This document shows, one piece after another, positions 1 to 6,907 of a stretch of DNA of 13,619 bases. Within the stretch, counting starts at the first letter, position 1, and each line of letters opens with the position of its first letter. The position numbers and the translations under genes were made by a program. Source of the DNA: an uncultured Verrucomicrobiae bacterium. Lineage in GTDB: Bacteria; Verrucomicrobiota; Verrucomicrobiia; Limisphaerales; JAFGQR01. Below the pieces are notes generated by a model, which worked only from the letters and a program-made list of their open reading frames with translations, made no database searches and was not told the DNA's origin. Location: NCBI GenBank assembly GCA_963788655.1, contig CAWBHS010000073.1:1-13619 (forward strand). Direction: 5' to 3'.

Positions 1-12
1 CACTGACGCGAT

Positions 13-86
13 GTAACGGCGACTCGGCAGAGACGCCGCCAACTCTCTCCGGCCAAGTCAGCGGCGCTCTGCCGAGACGCCGCTAC
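13..86. repeat. REP-like imperfect inverted repeat (GTAG-type)
   Basis: Arm 13-39 gtaacggcgactcggcagagacgccgc matches the reverse complement of arm 61-86 (gtagcggcgtctcggcagagcgccgc) with 2 mismatches and 1 indel. Intergenic. Confidence 0.8.
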
Positions 87-112
87 GAATTTGTGGATCG
101 GCGCTCAGTGAG

Positions 113-250
113 TCGCGCCAGCGTTTGGAGTGCGTCCGGCTTGCCGGCGCTTTTGGAATGGGTAACGAAGGTCAAATTCGCGCAATTGCCACCACGTTCA
201 GTGTTAATCAAAAGCGGGAGCAAGCTCCACGCACTCCAAACGCTTCGCGA
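113..250. repeat. REP/MITE-like inverted repeat (ttggagtgcg...cgcactccaa family)
   Basis: Arm 113-154 tcgcgccagcgtttggagtgcgtccggcttgccggcgctttt matches the reverse complement of 210-250 (tcgcgaagcgtttggagtgcgtggagcttgctcccgctttt). Each arm has its own internal mini-palindrome. Confidence 0.85.
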
Positions 251-356
251 TTCTCGAAGGCCGCGAATACAGTAGGTCACTTCAGTATTTCCTGCTGGCT
301 GCGATAGGTGACGATGACACGCTCGCCTTTGGCGCTGGCACCTGCCAAACTCCGTC

Positions 357-1214
357 ATGGCCTTTTTGAAGAGCAAGCGACGATTGAAAATACTAGTCCC
401 GTTGGCGGCGGGTCTGATAGTCTTGCTGACGATGCTGATGTTGCGTTGGTTCGAACAGCACTTGATTTACATTCCTTCCACTCAAATGGATCCCATGGCG
501 GGGGATTTGAGGCATACCTTTGAAGATGTCTTCCTGACGACCAGTGACGGCGTACGGGTCAACGGCTGGTTCTTCCCGGCGAATACGAACTCACCGCGAG
601 CAAATCTGGCCCTCCTGGTGTTGCATGGAAATGCCGGGAACATCAGTCATCGACTCGGTCATTACCAAGCCTGGCGGCAACTTGGGCTGAACGTGTTCGC
701 CCTGGATTACCGGGGCTACGGACGCAGCGAGGGCAGTCCCAGCGAACAGGGCACCTATCGGGACGCCGAAGCGGCCTACGCGTGGCTCCGCAAGAAAGGC
801 TTCGCGGGAAACCATATCATCGCGTTGGGCGAATCGCTGGGCGGTGGGGTTGCTTCGGAACTGGCGGTTCGCGAAACGCTCGGGGGCCTGGTGGTGCAAA
901 GCTCGTTCACCAGCATTCCCGATGTGGGCGCGGAGTTGTATCCCTGGCTGCCGGTTCGTTGGCTTTGTCGAACCCGCTACGATACGCTGGCGAAGTTGCC
1001 GCGGATCAAGTGCCCCGTGCTTATCATCCATGGCCGCGGCGATACGCTGGTTCGGTTTCATCACGCCGAACGCAACTTTGCCGCCGCCAACGAGCCCAAG
1101 CTGATGTGGGAACTCAAAGGCAACCACAACGATTCGCTCACCGAACTGGACCACTATTTGAACGGGATGGAAAAATTTCTGGCGCAATACGTGGCGTCCG
1201 GGGATTCTCATTAA
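357..1214 (+). CDS. Alpha/beta hydrolase, ABHD13/ABHD17/Bem46/YfhR-like, with N-terminal membrane anchor
   Basis: 285 aa. Basic then hydrophobic N-terminus; HGNAG oxyanion motif; DYRGYGRS; nucleophile elbow GESLGG; IIHGRGD acid; GNHND catalytic His. Confidence 0.93.
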   Translation: MAFLKSKRRLKILVPLAAGLIVLLTMLMLRWFEQHLIYIPSTQMDPMAGDLRHTFEDVFLTTSDGVRVNGWFFPANTNSPRANLALLVLHGNAGNISHRLGHYQAWRQLGLNVFALDYRGYGRSEGSPSEQGTYRDAEAAYAWLRKKGFAGNHIIALGESLGGGVASELAVRETLGGLVVQSSFTSIPDVGAELYPWLPVRWLCRTRYDTLAKLPRIKCPVLIIHGRGDTLVRFHHAERNFAAANEPKLMWELKGNHNDSLTELDHYLNGMEKFLAQYVASGDSH

Positions 1215-1274
1215 ATTATGAATGGTCTGGCCCCGAGTGCGCCCGCAAGAACGGTGTTGAATCACGGAGAAACG

Positions 1275-2561
1275 ATGATAAAACCAACCGCGCTTTCAGC
1301 CTTGGGTCGGCGCACCGAAGCGCCGCCCATTTCCTGGTTGATGCAGATGACGCTGGATCATCCGGACCTGATCTCGTTGGCCGCGGGCTTTACCGACAGC
1401 GAAACATTGCCCGTGAAGGAAACGCAGGTGCTGTTGAATCGGGTGCTCCGTTCCACCAAGACCGGTCGCGCGGCCCTCCAATACGGTACCACGGTGGGTG
1501 ATTCCACGTTAAGGCGTCTGACGGCTCTGCGCTTGCAAGCGCTGGACACCGGCAATCCGGGGCCGCGGAGCCTGCCGGTTTATTCGCCGCAGCGGCTCAT
1601 GATCACCAACGGCTCCCAGCAATTGCTCTACATCCTGACGGAAGTCTTGTGTGATCCGGGTGACGTGGTGCTGGTGGAGGATCCGACCTATTTTGTCTAT
1701 CTCGGCATTGCCCAGAGCCACGGGTTACGTTGCCGGGGTATCCGCCTGGAGACTGATGGCCTGGACCTGCAACATCTGGAGCAAGTGCTGAATGAGCTCA
1801 AACGTCGCGGTGATTTGCCGCGGGTGAAGATGCTTTACCTGGTGAGCTACTTCCAGAATCCCACGGGCACCACCACTAGCCTGGCCAAGAAACGCGCCGC
1901 GCTCGAATTATTGCGGCAGTTCGAACGCGCGGCCGGCCATCCGATTTACCTGATCGAAGACGCGGCGTATCGCGAATTGTGCGCCGGCGACGCCACGGTG
2001 CCGAAATCCGCGTTGGCCGTGAAAGGCGCCGCTGATCGGGTGATTTACACCGGCACGTACAGCAAGCCGTTTGCAACTGGCGCTCGGGTCGGATTCGGCA
2101 TCTTGCCCGAAGCGGTGTTCGACATTGCGGTGCGGATCAAGGGCAATCACGACTTCGGCAGCGCCAATCTGCTCCAGATGCTACTGGCGCAGGCGCTGCA
2201 ATCGGGAACTTACGAGCGGCACCTGGCCGTGCTCCGGAACCGCTATGCGTTCAAAGCTCGAACCATGCTGGCCGCATTGCAAAAACATTTCCCGTCGGCG
2301 GTGCATTGGATGGAACCGCAAGGCGGCTTGTATGTTTGGGCGCGTTTGCCGGCGCGCATCCTGTCGGGCGCCAAGTCCCCGGTGTTTCAAGCTGCGCTGG
2401 CACACCGGATTCTTTATGTGCCGGGAGAATTCTGCTATGCGGACGATCCCACCCGCGCCAAGCCGAATCACGAGCTGCGCCTGAGTTTTGGCGGCGCCAA
2501 ATTGTCCGACATCCGCACGGGCATTGCGCGGCTAGGCGAGGTGATGTTGAAATTCTGCTGA
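1275..2561 (+). CDS. PLP-dependent aminotransferase class I/II (LysN/ARO8/MocR-catalytic-like)
   Basis: Motifs ISLAAG, ALQYG, ITNGSQQ, DPGDVVLVEDPTY, FQNPTG, EDAAY, PLP lysine in GTYSKPFATGARVG, and LRLSF. Start placed at ATG 1275 behind GGAGA (1266-1270) rather than at 1218. Confidence 0.92.
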   Translation: MIKPTALSALGRRTEAPPISWLMQMTLDHPDLISLAAGFTDSETLPVKETQVLLNRVLRSTKTGRAALQYGTTVGDSTLRRLTALRLQALDTGNPGPRSLPVYSPQRLMITNGSQQLLYILTEVLCDPGDVVLVEDPTYFVYLGIAQSHGLRCRGIRLETDGLDLQHLEQVLNELKRRGDLPRVKMLYLVSYFQNPTGTTTSLAKKRAALELLRQFERAAGHPIYLIEDAAYRELCAGDATVPKSALAVKGAADRVIYTGTYSKPFATGARVGFGILPEAVFDIAVRIKGNHDFGSANLLQMLLAQALQSGTYERHLAVLRNRYAFKARTMLAALQKHFPSAVHWMEPQGGLYVWARLPARILSGAKSPVFQAALAHRILYVPGEFCYADDPTRAKPNHELRLSFGGAKLSDIRTGIARLGEVMLKFC

Positions 2562-2664
2562 CCCTTCACAACATGCGCCGCACCCGCCATCGCCCGAATT
2601 GCGCTGACAACCGTCAACCGTTTGTCGAAACCGTCAACGGTCCACGACCCATCCTTCCGCGCCC

Positions 2665-3429
2665 ATGACGTTTGCAATCGTGCAACAAGACCTGGCCATT
2701 CCACCGGTGGATAAACTCAAGCAGGCCTTTCGCTCGGTGTCGTTCCTCACAGATTTGGACGCACACACACTGGCCAATGATGCTTATGGTATGCTCGTTC
2801 GCGGCCTGTCCGGCGACGACGCCCAGGCATTGCACGGCGCCCTGGCCCGGGAAGGCGTGGCCACCGAGGTGGTCGAAGACCGCCAGTTGCCGCCGTTGCC
2901 GCCCACCAAGTTTGTGCATCGCCTGGACTGTCAGCCGGAGGGGCTGATGGTTTATGATCCGCTGGGCCGGAACTTCCGGCTCGAATGGGGCCACATCATG
3001 CTCATCGCGGCGGGCAACGTGCGGGTGGTCGATTTCAAGCAGGTGCAAAAACGGCGCGAGATCGTTAACTATGACGGTCGCGGCTATCCTCATTCGGAGA
3101 CGGTGGTGGAAACCGGCAGCAAAGAGGAACGGAATTATCATTTGCTGTTGGAACTGGTGTTGAGCCGGGCAGTCCAACGATTCAGCGTCGCGGTAGATCG
3201 GTTCAATTTCAGCTACCTGGGAGACCGCCTGACGAATGATGCCACGTACAATTTTACCTTGCTGGTGCAGGATCTGACGAAGTATGCGCCGGCCGCCGCC
3301 ATCAACCGCGGCGCGTATTACCTGCGCGAGAACGCCTCGGAAATTGTCTCTTACCCGAGCAAAAACGCCTTTGTCGAGGAAATCACCTGGTTGCTTTGGC
3401 GAAGCAACCAAGCGCGTAGCGCGGATTAA
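2665..3429 (+). CDS. Hypothetical protein, paralog A (putative L7/L12-CTD-like N-domain + PH-like domain)
   Basis: 254-aa ORF, colinear homolog of 3533-4300 (45 identities in the first 102 residues, no gaps, counted by hand). Confidence 0.85.
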   Translation: MTFAIVQQDLAIPPVDKLKQAFRSVSFLTDLDAHTLANDAYGMLVRGLSGDDAQALHGALAREGVATEVVEDRQLPPLPPTKFVHRLDCQPEGLMVYDPLGRNFRLEWGHIMLIAAGNVRVVDFKQVQKRREIVNYDGRGYPHSETVVETGSKEERNYHLLLELVLSRAVQRFSVAVDRFNFSYLGDRLTNDATYNFTLLVQDLTKYAPAAAINRGAYYLRENASEIVSYPSKNAFVEEITWLLWRSNQARSAD

Positions 3430-3532
3430 AGTCCCGGTGTTAACCCAAGGGCATTGGCAACCGTATTCACGTCGCGAAATTCCTCGATTGCTCCTGCTGC
3501 CAAAATCGTCCAACATGACGCAAATCTGACGC

Positions 3533-4300
3533 ATGGCATACGCGCTGTTACAAAAGGAACTCGCCACTCCGGAGGTCGAAGTCCTCAAACGAGCGTTTCG
3601 GGTGCTGCCGACGTTGCGCGAAATCGACGCGCACAATGCCGCACACGAAGCCTACGGCATTTTTTTGCGAGGGCTGGATGTCGAGTCGGCGAGTGCCTTG
3701 CAGGATGCCTTGCTGCGCGAGGGCCTGGATACCTGGGTGGTGTCGGAAGGCGAGCTGCCCGCCATTCCGCCGGCCAAGGTGATCAAACAGGTGGAGTTCT
3801 TTCCGCAGCACCTCACCTTGTATGATCCCATGCAGCGGGCCCACGAAGTGTCCTGGCAGGAAATTATGTTCCTGGCCGCCGGCGAGGTCGGATTGCGAGA
3901 ATACACCCGGGTGAAGTCGTCTCATGAATCACCGCAGTTCAATGGCCCGGGCATTGGCGCCGATACGGTCAATGACCATAAAAAACGTTCCGAATTGCAC
4001 TATCATTTGATGCTGGAGATTGTGCTGATGAACGGCACGAGCCGTTACAGCATCGATGCCAATGAGTTTGCCTTCGACAATCTGGGCAGCCAATTCTCGG
4101 ACCAACCCAAGACCAACTTAGGCCGGCTCGTTCAAGATGTGGTGAACTTTGCGCCCCAGGCGGGACTGAATCGCGGCGCCTATTTGCTGGCCGAAAATGA
4201 TGCCGAGACGTTCATGTATCCCAGTAAGGCCGCATTCTTTGCCGAAATGACCTGGATGCTGTGGCGGATCGACAAACTCACGAAGCGGGAAGACATCTGA
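3533..4300 (+). CDS. Hypothetical protein, paralog B (putative L7/L12-CTD-like N-domain + PH-like domain)
   Basis: 255-aa ORF. Shares AFR, DAH, AYG, RGL, YDP, W-x-x-IM-x-x-AAG, LVQD, NRGAY, YPSK-x-AF and TW-x-LWR with 2665-3429. Confidence 0.85.
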   Translation: MAYALLQKELATPEVEVLKRAFRVLPTLREIDAHNAAHEAYGIFLRGLDVESASALQDALLREGLDTWVVSEGELPAIPPAKVIKQVEFFPQHLTLYDPMQRAHEVSWQEIMFLAAGEVGLREYTRVKSSHESPQFNGPGIGADTVNDHKKRSELHYHLMLEIVLMNGTSRYSIDANEFAFDNLGSQFSDQPKTNLGRLVQDVVNFAPQAGLNRGAYLLAENDAETFMYPSKAAFFAEMTWMLWRIDKLTKREDI

Positions 4301-4393
4301 GGGGCCTGGAGGATCGAAAGGGCAGGGGATGGAGACATCCGAAGGCCGAAGCGCCTTTCTAAGTTTGGCAGGCTTCAAACAGAACCCGTCTGA

Positions 4394-4536
4394 AAATGAC
4401 CAATGTCCAATGACCAAGCACCAGAGAACAACCAATGACCAAGGTTCCATCGAATTGCAGAGAACCACTCGATCCTTGATTGGATCTTGGGGACTTGGAC
4501 ATTCTTTGGAGCTTGGTCATTGGTTATTGGTCATTT
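4394..4536. repeat. Inverted array of 7-bp-type units (caatgac/gtcattg), palindromic element between convergent genes; possible bidirectional terminator
   Basis: aaatgaccaatgtccaatgaccaag (4394-4418) matches the reverse complement of cttggtcattggttattggtcattt (4512-4536). Further degenerate units lie inside. Confidence 0.8.
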
Positions 4537-6558
4537 GATCATCGGTCCTTTCCTGCGCGTTTGGGGTTTCAACAACGCCTCCCTGTCCCCGGCCAACACC
4601 GGCGGGATGCCCTGCACCTGAACGTAATAATCCTCCAGCACTCCATTGGTGGGCTTGTCCAGTCGCACGCTCCAAATCGCACCAGGTGCGGCTTCGGCAG
4701 GGTTCGCCACAAGTTGGCATGCCTGGTCAATATCCTGTTTGACGGCTACGGTCTTTCCGGAACTGTCGAGCAGCGTTGCGTTGACGCGCTCAATCCCGCC
4801 GCCGCCCATGATTTTGATACCAAACTCATTTGTGTTCGCGGACACCCAGAAAAAGAACTGGCCGGTCGTGCCCAGCAGGTGAAAGGCGGCATCGTTCGCA
4901 TAGAGACACAAGCGTCCAGTGGTTGAAACAACTTGGGCGGTGGCATTTCCCGGTTCGCAGACGATGCGGTAGGCGCCGGTTTCTTGCGCGACGAAGGAAT
5001 ATGATTTTGCCGGGCCTAAATGAGCTTTGGCCAGGGTTTGCGTTTTGCCGGAAGGCGAAATGAGTTGGACCGGCACGGGTGGCGGCGTGGTCTTGCCCAC
5101 CGGTTGGATGCGCACCGAAAACGAAGACTCCTGTCCCGCGGTGGTCCAGAGGAGATATTCCGCGTGCCCTCGTTGCCGCACCGAATGCGTTGGATTGGGG
5201 CTGGGGGTCGCTTCGGGATACACCGGTTCGTAGCGCACGCCGGCGACCGTGAACGGTTTGATGATCTTGAACACCTGATGCGGCAACCAGGCGTCGATGC
5301 GCGCCTGGTCCAGCCGATAACTCGTGCGTCGGCCTGCCTGTTCGACGGTAAGCGTTCCGGTCACGTCGATCACGGGCAATCCGGCGGAATCCTGATAGGA
5401 AATGGGCGTTCGGGCGAGCGAATCCTGCAGCCGGCAATCCTCGAACGCGAGGCCGCCCAGCGGTTCGGTATTCCTGGCAGCGCTCATCAAGGCGATGGGA
5501 GCCTGGGTTGGTTTGCCGGCGGCCGGATTCACCAGTTCACACCGGACAAAGCGAACCTGGCAACCGGCCGCGGGTTTGCCCCGAATGCTGATCCCGGCCT
5601 CTTCACTGTGCTCGAAGCGGCAGTCCACAAATTCGATCCGCCCGTTTACCGCCGGCTGGTTCCCGCCGTTGCCCGTGCTGAGGCGGACCGCTTGGCGACA
5701 CCCCACCGACCGGCAATTCTCCAGTCGAATGGAAATGGGTGCCGACGTGTCGCCCAGGTTGTTCAGGTAAAACTCGAACGCATCGCCGCGGTTATTCTCG
5801 GAGACGCAATTTCGCAAGACGCAGTTCACCAGTTTTTCGCCCGGCAAGTTCGGTTCGAAATCGATCCCGGCTTGTGGCGCGGTGCCCCCGGTGTCTTTCA
5901 TTACACAGTTTTCCATCAACAAATCCTCCGCACTGATCACGCTGATCCCCTGGCGGTAGTTGTTGACGCAAACGAGGTCTTTGAGATGGACCTCGGTATT
6001 GGACACCCCCCGTTTGGCCACGCCGAGATAAATGCCGTCGCCGCCGCTGTCCGCCAGTGTCAATCCCTGCACCTTCACGTGCGCGCAACTGCATATACTC
6101 AGCGCATGTCGCCATTCGGATTTTTCATAAGCGGGGCTGTCGTAATCCTGCTTCCACATCTTCAACGTGGCACCATGGCCGGTGAGCATTACGTTGGTTT
6201 TCAATGACGCGGTAAAAAGTGAATCGCCTCGGCCCCGGAATGCGCCGCGTTTGGCCAATACCACCACCCCTTTTTCGAAGACCACTTCCTGGTCGCTCAC
6301 CAACCGGATCTTGTCCACGATCCAGGGCGTTCCGACATTCTCAACAATCACCCGTCGGGCGCCGGAATTAATGGCGGTTTGCAACGCTTTGGTGGCGTCG
6401 GCGACGTCGTATCCAAACGCGGCAGCTTTAACTTCAGAGCGCTTGCCTGGCGGCACTTCCGGAACTGCGGCCGTGCCTGATTCAGCGGCAAATAGTGAAC
6501 CGCAACTCAACAAAACAGCAAGGGGCCAGGCGACTGGCTTGAGCCAAAGTGTTTTCAT
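4531..6558 (-). CDS. Secreted right-handed parallel beta-helix (pectin-lyase-like fold) protein with C-terminal beta-sandwich modules
   Basis: Start reassigned to ATG 6558 (MKTLWLKPVAWPLAVLLSCGSLFAA, Sec signal peptide). DATKALQTAINSG pectate_lyase_3-like N-motif; beta-helix repeats GGDGIYL, NNYRQGISVIS, PQAGIDFEPN, NCVSENNRGDAF. 675 aa. Confidence 0.85.
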   Translation of the reverse strand: MKTLWLKPVAWPLAVLLSCGSLFAAESGTAAVPEVPPGKRSEVKAAAFGYDVADATKALQTAINSGARRVIVENVGTPWIVDKIRLVSDQEVVFEKGVVVLAKRGAFRGRGDSLFTASLKTNVMLTGHGATLKMWKQDYDSPAYEKSEWRHALSICSCAHVKVQGLTLADSGGDGIYLGVAKRGVSNTEVHLKDLVCVNNYRQGISVISAEDLLMENCVMKDTGGTAPQAGIDFEPNLPGEKLVNCVLRNCVSENNRGDAFEFYLNNLGDTSAPISIRLENCRSVGCRQAVRLSTGNGGNQPAVNGRIEFVDCRFEHSEEAGISIRGKPAAGCQVRFVRCELVNPAAGKPTQAPIALMSAARNTEPLGGLAFEDCRLQDSLARTPISYQDSAGLPVIDVTGTLTVEQAGRRTSYRLDQARIDAWLPHQVFKIIKPFTVAGVRYEPVYPEATPSPNPTHSVRQRGHAEYLLWTTAGQESSFSVRIQPVGKTTPPPVPVQLISPSGKTQTLAKAHLGPAKSYSFVAQETGAYRIVCEPGNATAQVVSTTGRLCLYANDAAFHLLGTTGQFFFWVSANTNEFGIKIMGGGGIERVNATLLDSSGKTVAVKQDIDQACQLVANPAEAAPGAIWSVRLDKPTNGVLEDYYVQVQGIPPVLAGDREALLKPQTRRKGPMIK

Positions 6559-6907
6559 TACGGCCAGATTACGCTGAAAGGCATTGGTAAATCGAGTGGA
6601 AGGCAACTGTGAATGAGAGCCCGGAGAAAGAAGGCCGATTTTCGAAACCAGCTCCCATTTTGGCCCCCCACCGGGCAAAACAGTTCTGAGCGGATGCGAT
6701 TCAGTTCCCGGATTTTGGTCATCACCACGCGCACCATCCATTACGATGGGCGAATGATGAGCTGCAATTGCTTCAGTGGCTTTTGCGTCCGTTCCGGTGA
6801 TTAGCCTTGGCCAGACGAAGACCACCTTCCTTTGGTCATTGGTTTCATTTGAATAAATCGGGCGGTTGATTCAAGCTGCGTCTCAATTCTGTCATTGCAC
6901 GAGTAAC

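Noticed and set aside
4394..4536. CRISPR-like array
   Set aside because: Units are about 7 bp, degenerate and inverted, with no unique spacers and no cas genes.
5020..6207. 395-aa plus-strand ORF, and similar long ORFs at 2614-3636, 8030-9217, 8434-9402 and 9565-10398
   Set aside because: Shadow or alternate-frame ORFs over well-supported genes in GC-rich DNA, with no recognisable motifs.
6559..6825. 89-codon N-terminal extension of the beta-helix ORF
   Set aside because: A clear signal peptide begins at ATG 6558. The extension is not protein-like and covers the divergent promoter region.
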